This document shows, piece by piece, positions 28,304 through 42,613 of a DNA stretch of 64,000 nucleotides. The first letter of the stretch is position 1, and each line of letters starts with the position of its first letter. The notes beneath the pieces were generated by a model, which was not told the origin of the DNA, ran no database searches, and saw only the letters and a list, made by a program, of their open reading frames with translations. The stretch is from Chrysomallon squamiferum (taxonomy: Eukaryota; Animalia; Mollusca): NCBI GenBank assembly GCA_012295275.1, contig CM022669.1, positions 6,696,001 through 6,760,000 of the forward strand. The letters run 5' to 3'. The translations under genes were made by a program, and so were the position numbers.

Positions 28304-31300
28304 ATGAAGGTATGTTTATTAGTGTTTGTTCCTTCTTTCCAATCTTATTGTAATATCTTCTTTTCTCATTCTCGTTACTGTTGCTTTCTTACTAGTCTTG
28401 TTTGTTTGGGTTTTTTTTTGTGTGATATTTTTATTTTTGTGTTTTTGCTGTTGCTTTACTCGTGGTTTTGTTTAGGTTTCATTTCCTTTTCTTTTTTGTT
28501 TTTACAACTACTATTATTACAACAACAACAGCAGCAACAACAAGACTACTACTACAACAATTCTTCTTCTTTTTCTTCTTCTTCTACTTCTGATTATTAT
28601 TATTATTATTTTTATTGTTATTATTCCACAAACACAGCTACACAAATACGTACATTCGTACTTACATGCACATATATATACACACATACACATGCACATA
28701 CATGCATACTTAGATAAATGCATACATACATACCAATAAATACATTCATTTTCTTTTTAAAATATTTTTCTGTTTCTTTTCTGGGTTTTTTTTTTTGGTA
28801 TTATTATTATTATTATTATTATTATTAAAACACAAATACAAAAAAAAACAAATATTCGGCCTACTTACACACGTGCATTTATATAAATACGCACACATAC
28901 ATATACATGCACCAATGCGTTCCCGAATATTGTCTATGTACAGAGTCTAATCAGACCAACATATGACATAATTTTCAAATTCTGAAATACATACATACAC
29001 ACACACACATATATATATATATACAACTCTGTGACGATGGATTGGTCATGTACATGTTATGACAGACTGATAGTTCTACCAACAAGGAGTGGACGACCAT
29101 ACAAACAACTACACACATTTTTAGATAGATAGATACACACATACATACAAACATGCACAGAGAAGATACTTATATATTTATAGACAGGTAAGGTCAAAAA
29201 GATAGAAATACAGATGGAGAGAGAGATCGTTAAAACGCAAAGTGAGAAAGCTTCAGTCAGTGTGTTTTATGTTTTTAAAGGTTGCTGAAATACTAAAGAG
29301 GGTCTTTTGGATATTTGTTACTCGCCAGAAATTGACGAAGTAAGTACTTCATTATTTTTGTTAAATCACGAATACAACTTTTTAGAAAACTTGTATCAGA
29401 TGAATTAGAGAAATGTCATTACAGATTAATTCACAAGACCAATTTTCTAGAAGGCACCGAAAAATACCATTTTACAATTTTGAAATTAAATATTTGTTTA
29501 ATAATAAAAAGAGATTACAAAAAAAAAAAGGAAAAACATATAATGTACAAATTATTTCCAGGAAATTTGCCGACAACTGAATGCAGAAGTTAATTAAGTT
29601 TGCTCAGTATTTTCCGTGATTATGGATACACGTCCAAACATATTTTTACAACCTATTAAAGTTACAGATATGGGAATTGTATAAACTGAAACTTGTGATA
29701 AAAATGATATAAATATTTGCAAAATTCATTATCTGTAAAAATGCGACATTATCTAAGGTATTTAAAAAAAAATATATATAAACATGACATGACAGAGGAA
29801 ACATAATATCTACTGTTATTTGTCAGCAGTGATGTTTCTCCTTTCCTTACACTCAAGTGAAGATATCACAATATTTAATAAACAAATCTTAGAATATCTA
29901 CTAATATGGTGAGATAAACTTAATTCTAAACTCTGCGTCACTGTATTATTGTTAAGATATCTGCTGTTTTGTTGTTAGTTAGCTATTGGACAGTTTGTTA
30001 TGCTACATTATGCAAGGCTAAGTGAGGCTTTTTTACATTAAGATCATCTAGGCTTATTTCCATTAAGATAAGCTAGTATTCAGTTCTAGGCTAGAATATG
30101 TAATCCTCTGTTACGATAGTTTTCCATTACTGTACACTTTTTATCACTTTCCAGTGTGTTGTTTGCAGTAATGACTTTCTACATTCTCATTTCAGGTTGT
30201 TTATACTCGTAAGTGTTCTTCTACTAATGTCAGTAGCGATACTTTTCACAAACAACAATTTCAGAACGAAATTTTTAGTGAATATTAAAAGTATATCTGG
30301 TGATTGTTTAATGTGTAAAAAAACTGTACGTGATTTTATTAAGTCAAACAGCACATTATTTGATTTTATTCATGCTAATAAACACAACATTACAGGAGAA
30401 GGAATATTTTCAAAAATGAAATCAACTTCAGCACCAATGAAGACGTGCACCAAGAAAATGAACGTCGCTTTTCTTAAAGTTCACAAGTGCGCCAGTTCAA
30501 CGGTAACAACGATGTTGCAGAGGTTCGCACTACTGAACAATCTTAATGTCATGCTGCCCAACAATCCTAAAGGATCCTTATTGGACAACGTCATAAATCT
30601 ACACGCGTCTTTAGATAAGTCGAGAATTCTTCCAGCACCGAAAGGGGAAACGTTTAACATTCTGTGCAATCACATTGTTTACAACAGAACCGTTATTCGA
30701 GCCCTGTTTCCCAGCGATACGTTTTACTTTGCCATAGTCAGACAACCAGTGTCCAGACTGATATCATCAATTAATTATTTCGGTTTTCTAAGAAGATTTG
30801 TTAAGGAAATGAATGAGAGAAATAATATTAAACCTTCTGATAAAACATTGAAACTAACTGTTCCGTTGATGGCGAAGTTTCTTGACGAGGAAAATCTTCA
30901 GAAACCTGGAATGAAAAACAGATTCATTTTCAACAGTGTGGCCGTCGATTTCGGAATGCCCGAAGACAAATTGAATGACTTGTACATTGTTCTCAAATAT
31001 GTTAAACAGCTGGATGAAGATTTTCAGTTTGTCATGATCTTCGAATACTTCGACGAGTCTCTTATACTTTTGAAACGATATCTTTGTTGGGATTTCCCAG
31101 ATATTGTTTACATCCCTAAACTTTATCATGAAACTCACGTCGTGAAACCATCTGATTTAACTGCGCAACAGACAGAGATTATCAAAAAATATCAAATGGC
31201 GGATTTCGTAATTTACAACCATTTTAACGAAACACTCTGGAAGAAACATCTGGCTTCTGTTAGTGAGGATTTCTTCGATGAAGTCAAAGAGTTTCATAAA

Positions 31301-31518
31301 GTGAGGAAAACAGTCGAAACGTTTTGCAGAGACAAAACTTTTGGCAAGATACTGAATATTCCATCTTCTAAATGGAACAGACCATTTTCTCTTATCAAAG
31401 ATGATTGCATTTTGTTAAAAAAAATCAACACTCGCTCAACAGACAACTAATAGATATAGCGGTAGTAAAAAATGAAAAAGCAGCTAAAATAAATATGGAA
31501 ATAATAAGAAAGAAATGA
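28304..31518 (+). CDS. GAL3ST: GAL3ST-family sulfotransferase copy D (exons 28304-28309, 29281-29339, 30196-31450/31518), with a 1-nt frameshift near the C-terminus
   Basis: ATG AAG|gtatgt, then a 59-nt exon ttttaaag|VAEILKRVFWIFVTRQKLTK|gtaagt, then acceptor tttcag|G at 30196; the phases join in frame. Motifs FLKVHKCASSTV, IVRQPVSRLIS and EYFDESLILLKRYLCW. As given it stops at 31450. Adding one A to the A8 run at 31417-31424 restores KKNQHSLNRQLIDIAVVKNEKAAKINMEIIRKK* (stop 31518). Confidence 0.9.
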
Positions 31519-32334
31519 ATAAAACAAAACGAAATTAACAGAAAGAAATGAAACAGATAATAACTTCTAAAATCTTTGTGTTTATTTTGCATTTCTTTTC
31601 TTTTTTTTTTTTTTTTTCTTTTTTTTTCTTTTTTGTCATTATTTTATTTTATTTTTCTTATGCACTAGACTGGAATATTTATCTGATTATAGACATCACA
31701 GACAATCTGTTAAATAAATCTATTTATCACGGATGTTTCTTTATTTTTATATCTGTTTCTATGTTATATGTTATTTATTTGAACACAGATACCTGAAATA
31801 TTTGTAGCATGTAATAACTTTTTCTTGGTTTTTATTGATTTGGTTTCATCAGATTTCCAAATGAACGAGAGTTAATTTTCCCTTGTTTTGATTACGCTAC
31901 ACATGAATTGACACTACAAGCTATAAAAAAAAAAGACCAGGTATGTTATTTCATAATAAAATGAGCTATGTAAACAACGTTTATTTGCTTTGATCATCTT
32001 TCTACGAGTTTTACTGATTACAGTGTCTTCCGCTTTTTGGTATTAAAGTTCATTCTGTGGCACTTCTGGTCAAAACTTTTAAACACGCACACACACACAC
32101 AGACACACACACCACACACATACACGTCAAACACACGCGCACACACACACCCACGCCCGTACACACACATATACAAATTAAGATACATGTTTGAAAAAGG
32201 TTATTCTGTACATTTTCTTTTTTTAATGGCCTTCTCCATGTATCGTTTTAAGGACCTTAAAATGAAATAATTTGACTAAATACTTTCTAAATTCATTTGA
32301 AGTTCAGATATATCAACTGAAACTACAATGTATA

Positions 32335-32374
<40 letters not shown>

Positions 32375-32669
32375 GATACTAATAGTAATAATAATAATAA
32401 AAGATCCGAACAAATGTGGAGACCACTGTTAAATTCTAATTCATTTTACGTAAATTATGGATGCTATTTACTTCAAGACTGAACATAAGGCCAGACTTCA
32501 GAGCCATTTTTCTCGGTTAATAATTCTGAATCTTGGAGATATGTTCTGCTACTGTGCCACCAACATTTGACCCAGGTTTTTTGCCTTGAGAGAGACGTGT
32601 GATGACCTCAAACTCGCCTACTTCACCCATCACAGGAATGTTCTCTTGGAGCTAAGACAGACGACATGT

Positions 32670-32711
<42 letters not shown>

Positions 32712-32834
32712 GCTGTTGGAAGCTGAGAACGTAGATCGATGTCGAAAATCCTTTCTCTCATTGAACTTTTAGCTTGTGTAATCTAAAGGGGCGTACATAT
32801 CCGAAAAACGATTTATTTTAATTTTTGTTTTCCC

Positions 32835-34359
32835 TGACTGTAAACTTAAGCCTAATATTAGCCATAAATATAACGCATGACAGTGAACCTTGACCTAACC
32901 CTGACTCTAATCCTAAACACAAATTTAACCCTAACCCTAACCGTAAACTGACTCTAACATAATCCTAAACCAAACCCTAACCTTAGTCATAATCTAATCT
33001 TTATCCTGAAACTAGCCTTAACTCTAAATCTAACCTTAAACGCAAACCTATACCTAACTATAACTATAATCTTAACCTTAACACAAACTCCAACACTTAC
33101 TCTAAATCTAATCCTCTCCCTAATCCTAATACTTACACTAACACTAATTTTCACATCAACCCTAATCCTAATACTCACGCTAACACTAACTTTCACATCA
33201 ATCCTAATCCTGAGCCTAACCATAAAGCTAACCTTAGCTCTAGCTGTAACCTTAACTCTAAATCTAATCTTGAACCTAACCATGACCATAACCTTAACCG
33301 TAACGCTAAACGTAACCCTTGCTTCAACCCTAACCCCAAACTAACATCCTAGCCCTAACCCCAACACATTCCTAACCCTAACCATAACACCAACCTAACC
33401 TAACCCTAACCCTAACCCTAACCCTGACCCTAACCCTAACCCTAACTGTGACCTTAACTCTAAATCTAATCTTGAACCTATCATGACCGTAACCTTAACC
33501 CTAACCTTAACCACAACTCTAATTCTAAATCTAATCCTAACCCTAACCCCAACACGTTCCTAAACCTAAACCTAACTCCAACCCGAACTCTAACCTTAAC
33601 GATAACCCTGATCCTAAAACTAACATTAATACTAACAGTAATCCTAATCCTAACCCTAACCTTAACCAAAACACCAAAATCTAACTCGAAGCTTATTTGT
33701 AATCCTAATATTAACCCTAGCCATAACATTAACTTTAATCCTAACCGTAACCCCAGTCTAACTTTGCCCATAACTCCAGCCCTAGCTAATCGTAATCATA
33801 ACTCTAAATATTTTCCTAACCCCAACTCTTACACTAACCTTAAGCCTAACCCTAATGCTAACAATAATCTGAACCCACCCCTAATCCAAACCTTAACACT
33901 AATGATAATCCTGACTCTAACTGCAAATCTCACTCTAACCCTAATATTAACTTTAATCCTACCCTACACTTAGCGTAACCCTAACCGTAAAGTTCACTCT
34001 AACCCTAATCCTAAAGCAAACCTTAACCTTAACAGTAACCCTAACTCTAAATCTAATCATAAAACTAAGCCTAACCTCAACCTAACTGTAATCCTAATAT
34101 AAATCCTAATCATAACATTAAGCTTTAACCCTAATCCTAACCCCAATCTAGCCATAATCCTTGCACTAGCCCTGACCTTAAACTTAGCACTAACTCTAAA
34201 CCGAGCAATAACTATAAGCCTAATTAGAACCACAAGCCATAACCCTAATCCTAACCATAATCATAACATTAACCATAAACCTATCCCTAATGCTAACAAT
34301 AATCCTAACCCTAAACCAAACCTAATGCAAACTCTAACCGAAACCCTAACATTGTCCTA
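32835..34359 (-). repeat. Degenerate interstitial telomere-like array, (CCCTAA)n on the plus strand, about 1.5 kb
   Basis: Hexamer-periodic variants. The left part is a direct copy of 25676-25960 and the right part is the inverse of 27017-28030. Confidence 0.9.
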
Positions 34360-34653
34360 AATTGTTCTTTTATATCGTTCGTATAATTTTACATGGGAAA
34401 TGCCATACAGCTGAGATCTTTGTGATACTGTTACACTGTTTTATTTTATTTATTTTCATAAAAGACGACCAGAAATAGATATCCTAGTCGAAAGCCTTTT
34501 AATTTTCTTTTTATTTCTTGTAAAGAAAGGTTTTCAAATCCTTCAAAGCCAGAGTTCAAAAGGACTTCGTATCATGTATGATACGAACACACAGGAACTT
34601 TTTTTTTTTTTTTTTTTTTCGTAGAGAGAAAAAAGTCATAGAGGAAAGGCTTA

Positions 34654-34693
<40 letters not shown>

Positions 34694-34758
34694 ATACACA
34701 TATATTGCATCATACATTCATACATAAACACTCGCACACATACATACATACATTATAT

Positions 34759-34892
34759 GGGTGCCATACGGGTTTGTGAGATCGTGATTGGACTTTGTTC
34801 TCCAGCGCCAGTGCGTTCCCGAATATTGTCTCTGTGCAGAGCCTATTCAAACGTACGTACGACAGACAATATTCAAAATACTAAAATACATT
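34759..34892 (+). mobile_element. SINE-like repeat copy with an internal deletion
   Basis: gggtgccatacg...gaatattgtctctgtgcagagcct...caatattcaaaatactaaaatacat, homologous to the other copies. Confidence 0.5.
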
Positions 34893-35449
34893 CAAAGAAA
34901 CATATGTCGTTAATTTGGTTTAAACTAAAGAACATTCAAGTATTTTCAGAATAACGCATTTACTGATTTAGCCGATCCGAGGTAACTAAGTGTTATTGTA
35001 GGTTTATGGTATGTGTTGTTTCAATCGATTGATTCACTCTATCAGATAATATTTATCAATCACTAACATCTTCAGCAGTTCATAGCTTTTGAACTTACCA
35101 CCTGTTGTAAAAAACCCAGAAAAGGCTTAATCAGTACAACTTACAATTTATTTGTCAATAAGTAAATAAAACGCGAGTAAATTTCCTTTGACAAACCAGT
35201 ATATATGTTTATTAGTGTTTGTTCCTTCTTTCCAGTCTTATTGTAATATATCTTTTTTCTTTTTCTCGTTATTATTGCTTTCTTACATAACTACAAAAAT
35301 ACATACATTCGTACTTGCATGCACACATACATACACACACACACACACATGCATACTTAGATAAATGCTCATACTTGCAAGCCAATAAATACATTCATTT
35401 TCATTTTTTAAATATGTTTCTGTTTCTTTTCTGTATTTTTTTTTTGTGT

Positions 35450-35495
<46 letters not shown>

Positions 35496-35673
35496 AAAAA
35501 CACAAAAATATATAAATACAAATATTCGGCCTACTTTCACACGTGCATATATATAAATATGCACGTATACATACGTTCCAGAATATTGTCTACATACAGA
35601 GTGCAATCAGACCAGCATATGACATAATTTTCAAATTCTGAAATATATATATATATATATATATATAGATATA

Positions 35674-35824
35674 TTCGTTCGAGTCTCGTCAGCGGAATCT
35701 GATGGGTTTGTGAGATCGTGTTTGGACTTTGTCTTCTTGCTCCAGTGCGTACTCGAATATTGTCTTTGTGCAGAGTCTAACCAGACGTACATAAAACAGA
35801 GAATATTTAAAATACATACAAACA
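35674..35824 (+). mobile_element. SINE-like repeat copy
   Basis: ttcgttcgagtctcgtcagcgg...gaatattgtctttgtgcagagtctaa...aaaatacatacaaac. Confidence 0.55.
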
Positions 35825-36163
35825 CTCCCTGATGAAAGATCAAGCTCCTATGGTGTGAGAAAAGCCAGGCAAGATATTTCTCAATTTTTTGTGATCTAAG
35901 GTGACTGCACTAAGAGTAATTTTCTACTAAATGTATATATCTATGTAAAGTTTCGTTCATCCAAATTGTTTAGTTGGTGACAGATTTACTTAGATAGTTC
36001 TGAAATTAACTTAATTTACTTCGCTGTGTTTTCAGCATTCCTACTGTTTTTCTTACCATCTGTTACTAAATAAGAAAAGATCGATCAAAACTCAAATATT
36101 TTTATTGTAAACAAGAAAAATCACACACGAGCAAACGAGCAAATTTCAATTTTACAAACCACT

Positions 36164-38697
36164 ATGAAGGTGTGGGTTTGTGTGTTTTATTTCTCGTGGC
36201 AGTCGATTCTTATTTTTAATATCTGCTTCTTCTTCATATTAATATTGTTTTGTTATCATGGATGGGATTGTTTGAGGGGATGGAATGGGGGCCTGTTTGT
36301 AGACACATACATAGAAACACGTACATACAAACACACACATACATACGCACACACACACACACACATACATACATACATACATACAAACATGCACAGAAAT
36401 ACACACAGACAGAGAAAGAAGCCGTTAGAACGCAAAGTGGAAAAGTGTCAGAAACAAACTTCAGTCAATGTGTTTTATGTTTTTAAAGGTTGCTGAAATA
36501 CTAAAGAGGGTCTTTTGGATATTTGTTCCTCGCCAGAAGTTGCCGAAGTAAGTACTTCATTATGTTTGTTAAATCACGAATACAACATTTTATATCAGAT
36601 GAATTAGAGGAATGTCATTACAGATTAATTCACAAGACCAACTTCCTTCAAAGCACCGAGAAATACCATTTTACAATTCTGAAATTAAATGTTTGTTTAA
36701 TAATAACAAGAGATTAAAAAAAAAAAAAAGGAAATTTGCCGAAAGTTGAATTAAAACGTTAGTTAAATTTTACTCAATATTTTCCTTGATTATAGATTCA
36801 CGTCCAAACATATTTATACAACCTATTAAAGTTAAAGATATGGGAATTGTATAAACTGAAACTTGTGATAAAAACGATACAAATATTTGCAAAATTCATT
36901 ATCCGTAAAAATGCGACATTATTTGAGGTATTTAAAAAAAAATAATATAAACATGACATGACAGAGGAAACATAATATCTACTGTTATTTGTCAGCAGTG
37001 ATGTTTCTCCTTTCCTTACACTCAAGTGAAGATATCACAGTATTTAATAAACAAATCTTAGGATATCTACTAATACGGTGAGATGAACTTAATTCTAAAC
37101 TCTGCGTCACTGTATTATTGTTAAGATATCTGCTGTTTTGTTGTTAGTTAGCTATTGGACAGTTTGTTATGCTACATTATGCAAGGCTAAGTGAGGCTTA
37201 TTTACACTAAGATCAGCTAGGCTCATTTACATTAAAATAAGCTAGTATTCAGTTCTAGGCTAGAATACGTAATCCTCTGTTACGATAGTTTTTCGTTACT
37301 GTACACTTTTTATCACGTTCCAGTGTGTTGTTTGTAGTAATGACTTTCTACATTCTCATTTCAGGTTGTTTATACTCGTAAGTGTTCTTCTACTAATGTC
37401 AGTAGCGATACTTTTCACAAACAACAATTTCAGAACGAACTTTTTGATGAATATTAAAAGTATATCTGGTGATTGTGTAATGTGCAAAAAAACTGTACGT
37501 AATGATATAAAGTTCAAAATGTTACGTGATTTTATTAAGTCAAACAGCACATTACGTGATTTTATTCATGCTAATATACACAACATTAGTGGAGAAGGAA
37601 TATTTTCAAAAACGAAATCAACTTCAGCACCAATGAAGACGTGTATCAAGAAAATGAACGTCGCTTTTCTTAAAGTTCACAAGTGCGCCAGTTCAACGGT
37701 AACAACGATGTTGCAGAGGTTTGCAATACTGAACAATCTTAATGTGATGTTGCCCAACAAACCAAAAGGATCCTTCTTGGACAACGTCATAAGTCTACAC
37801 GCGTCTTTCGATAAGTCGAGCATTCTTCCAGCACCGAAAGGGGAAACGTTTAACATTCTGTGCAATCACATTGTTTACAACAGAACCGTCATTCGAGCCC
37901 TGTTTCCCAGTGATACGTTTTACTTTGCCATAGTCAGACAACCAGTGTCCAGACTGATATCATCAATTAATTATTTCGGTTTGCCAAGAAGATTTGTTAA
38001 GGAAATGAATGAGAGAAATAATATTAAACCTTCTGATAAAACATTGAAACTAACTGTTCCGTTGATGGCGAAGTTTCTTGACGAAAAGAATCTTCAGAAA
38101 CCTAGAATGAATAACAGATTCCTGTTCAACAGTGTGGCTATCGATTTCGGAATACCAGAAGACAAATTGAATGACTTGTACTTTGTTCTCAAATATGTTA
38201 AACAGCTGGATGAAGATTTTCAGTTTGTCATGATCTTGGAATACTTCGACGAGTCTCTTATACTTTTGAAACGACATCTTTGTTGGGATTTCAAAGATAT
38301 TGTTTACATCCCTAAACTTTATCATGAAACTCACGTCGTGAAACCATCTGATTTAACTGCGCAACAGACAGAGATTATCAAAAAATATCAAATGGCGGAT
38401 TTCGTAATTTACAACCATTTTAACGAAACACTCTGGAAGAAACATCTGGCTTCTGTTAGTGAAGATTTCTTCGATGAAGTCAAAGAGTTTCATAAAGTGA
38501 GGAAAACAGTCGAAACGTTTTGCAAAGACAAAACTTCTGATAAAACTTTGATTGTTCCATCTTCTAAATGGAACAGATTATTTTCGTTTATAAGAGATGA
38601 TTGCATTTTATTAAAAGAAAACGAAATCTCGCTCAACAGACAACTGTTAGATACAGCCGTGGAAAAAATTGAGAAAGCAGCTAAAATAAACACGTAA
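36164..38697 (+). CDS. GAL3ST: GAL3ST-family sulfotransferase copy E, intact, about 465 aa (exons 36164-36169, 36489-36547, 37365-38697)
   Basis: ATG AAG|gtgtgg, then a 59-nt exon VAEILKRVFWIFVPRQKLPK|gtaagt, then acceptor tttcag|G at 37365. Type II anchor LFILVSVLLLMSVAILF. PAPS-binding motifs FLKVHKCASSTV and IVRQPVSRLIS. Uninterrupted ORF to KAAKINT*. Confidence 0.93.
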
Positions 38698-38721
38698 AGA
38701 AATGAAAAAAAATTGAAACAG

Positions 38722-38754
<33 letters not shown>

Positions 38755-39499
38755 TTAGCATCTAGAAACTTTTATTGTTAAATTGTGTCGTATTTATATT
38801 ATGTTTCTTTTTCTTTCTATCTTTTTTTTTTCTTTTCTTATGCACTAGACTCGAAGATGTATCTGATTATAGACATGACAATCAGTCTGCTAAGTAAATC
38901 TATATAGCTTGGATGTTTTTTTTATTTTTATGTTGTTTCTGTTTTTTTTTATGTTATTTATTTGAAAACATAAATGAAAAATTTCTAGCATATAATATTT
39001 TGTTCTTGGTTTATGTTAGGTTGTTTGATTTGGTTTCGTCAGATTTCCCAATGAACGAGAGTTAATTTTCCCTTGTTTTGATTACGCTACACACGAATAG
39101 ACACTACAAGCTATAAATAAAAAGACCAGTCGTGACGTCATCTTATCTTTCTTTGGTATGTTATTTCATAATTAAATGAACTATGTAACTGTTTCCATCA
39201 ATGAACTGCATGTAAACAATGCAGTTTAATTGCCTGAGAAAAGAACGCTGATTGACCTGGTAGCACTCGAGTTTGCGCACTACGAGTTTTACTGATTACA
39301 GCAACTTCAGCTCTAAGAGTAAGACACAGGAGGTTGTTTTGTTTGCAGTATTCTCGCGATAAATAGTGAATTATCGGTTTTACTATCATGAACATAACAG
39401 TCAATTTATTTATTTACAAAACAACAATATAATATATTATATGAGTTCAAGCACCAATGGTATTCCTCGAAATGAATTAAAAAATAAACTAACCACTTT

Positions 39500-39566
<67 letters not shown>

Positions 39567-40082
39567 CATTATTATTATTATTCAGTTGATTTTTAAACTT
39601 GGTTTATTTTTGTAGGTAAATTTTGTTATGTTCTACTTCAAATATTCTACTTACCTGCGCCTTTTTATTAAATTTGAAATCGTGCATTAAACTTGCTTCA
39701 TCAAGTGAAACTACAATGTAAAATAATGATGATGGTGATAATAATAATAATAATAATAATAATAACGATAGGTATAATAATAATAATAGGTTTAATAATA
39801 ATAATAATAACAGTAACAACAACAACAACAACAACAATAAAAGCAATAATAAATAAATAAATAAATAAAGAGACTGATTAAATCACTGCAAAGTTATTTT
39901 CTCATCAAATTGTTAAGAACGAAAACAAAAAAGTCTATAAGACTGAGTGTTCTCGAGTAGCTGTTGTTCAATAATAATCTTAATATTTGTCAACAATGGG
40001 GAAAACTACATTCAGGTACCAGCTTACTAAAATGGTAACAGAGTAATGACTTGAACAGCAGACAAATAAACAAATAAATATC

Positions 40083-40138
<56 letters not shown>

Positions 40139-40515
40139 AATATATATATATATATATAAAACTCAACGAGTTTTATAAATAAGATCCTTACATGTTAAAA
40201 TAATAATAACAGCTGATACACACAAAAACACTCAAAGATTAGCATTATTAGGTTCTGGCACCCCAATATTTTATTTTCGTAGAATAATTGTCACTATTTT
40301 CCTATATTATAGATGCATTTATATTTCTATCTTAATTCCAACAAAATTTGTGGGCAGTTAACGTTCTCCTATTTTTTGCTAAAAATAAATAAATAAATAA
40401 ATAAATAAAAACAAATACTTTGAGATGATGCTGATTTTGCCAGCTCATATCTTACACAAAAGCTTGAAAATGTACAGACTTGCAGAATTAAACATTACAT
40501 ACTGCAAATTCAAAA

Positions 40516-40550
<35 letters not shown>

Positions 40551-41581
40551 AAATTAATAATTTATCATCATAACGAACTGAAATGTACTACACTGTCGTA
40601 GTTTTGATTAACCAAACCTTCCGCTGACGTCATAGTGATTTCTGACAAGCGCGAGTTTTCAATCCAAGAGATGGTGTCTGATTTGACATTGTAAGTATTG
40701 TTTTTGCAACATTCAGCTTCTCACATATAGCTAAAGATTATTTATTTTCAAAGGTGATCCTTGTGATATGATTACGTTTGAATGAACTGGCAACTGCTGG
40801 TCAGCAACGGACAAAACAAAATAAAATGAAAGAAAACGACCTGGGGCAGGTTGGGCTGGGACAGGTTGGGTCATTTTCCAGCCTGCCCTAGAGCTTACAA
40901 TAAAAGGTGTGTGTTATTATAGTTTAAATTCTGATGTCAATGAAATTGTTATTATTTATTCTGTATGGTTTCTATGTCCTTCGTCATTTTATATAATCTT
41001 TGAAACGAAAGTCGCCTGCTACGGTAACCGGAAAAAAAACGTGACATTATGCTGTCTAATTACAGATAGTAAAAACATGACAAAACGGCGGCTAGCATGA
41101 TTTTGTTGTTGCTTTCTGAAACTGATTTAATAGCAGCTGGTGAGAAAATATCAAAAGAAGGGCAATCGAAGACAGGTGGCAGTAGATACCTTTAAATGTG
41201 CTGAGTAGAATATTATAGAGGGAACATTGCTGCAAACCGCTCCACAAAAAAAAAAAAAAAAAAAACAATAAAATAAAAAATAAAAAACACACAACAGTAG
41301 ATATTTTTCATGTGCCGATAAGAAAAAGGCAAGTAGTCGTGTTAAAATCTTTGTCACAAAGCAGTTAGACAATGACAGAGAAGTAAAAACTGTCTGAATA
41401 TATATAGTAACAACGTCGCAATTTGGTTTCCCACTGATCCTAAGATGCTAAGAAAACAAGCCTTTTTGCAAATCAAAATCAGAAGAAATTTACAATATGG
41501 GCCGAAAATGGGATGGAAATCATCAACGTTTGTCTTATTACAGGTAACAATAAAAACAACAACAACAACAACAACAACAAC

Positions 41582-41635
<54 letters not shown>

Positions 41636-42056
41636 TTAAATTAAATTTAAAAATTCACCTAACTATACACACAATCTTTTGTGCCAAATTATCGAATGAC
41701 TAATTAGCGATTCTAAGCTGCTGTTTTTTAATTCAATGTTTGTCAGTTGAATACCAAGTTGTTTTCAAATAAATCAAGTTTTGCTCTGATTTGAGAGTAT
41801 TTTTCTTGTGTGTTATGCATTGCCCCAGGGTACATCTATCGGTGATCCAACCAGCCCCAGCATGCAGTAGTTTGAGTATATGTCTGTAACCATAAGTTAT
41901 TAAAAGAGAATAACAAATCAGGACATTTCAAACATTTGTAATTGCTCCTAAATAATGGTAACTTCTTTTAAAACCCTATGAGGGTTTGTTTTCCAGTTTG
42001 TATTTGAATTAGAGGGTAAAATGCCAATACGTGTCCTAACCTGCCTAGGTACCCCC

Positions 42057-42122
<66 letters not shown>

Positions 42123-42582
42123 TCGGCTTTCCAAAAATCTATTTTAAACACTTTCCAACCAGCCGATGATCGATGCCAGTCCAGAAGCAAATTTATATTC
42201 TTAGGATATTACGAGAGAATCAATTTTTCATAGGAAATGCTTTAAATATGATATTTTTGTTAGCCTCTTATATACTTATATTTTATTAAGTTTCTATTAA
42301 AAATTTAATAACTTATATTAAAAAAAACCTCCAGAAATTGATGTCTTAGATCAAAGCAAAATTATTAAATTTTACCGTTATTATTAATTTTGGTTTTTAT
42401 AATGACAGAATTTAAAGTTGCTAAACGCCTTTTTCAGTAAAAATGTAAATATAAATGTAAATCGTATCATATACGTTACAAACACACATAAGTTAATCGA
42501 TTTAGATTAACAGTAAGCTACATTTCATCCCTACCATATTCTAGACAGAAACCAGTCATAAAGTAATGGCTTACAGTGAAAA

Positions 42583-42613
<31 letters not shown>

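Noticed and set aside
27640-33973. Gly-Leu, Val-Arg and Leu-Thr repeat ORFs
   Set aside because: They are reading frames of the telomere-like hexamer arrays.
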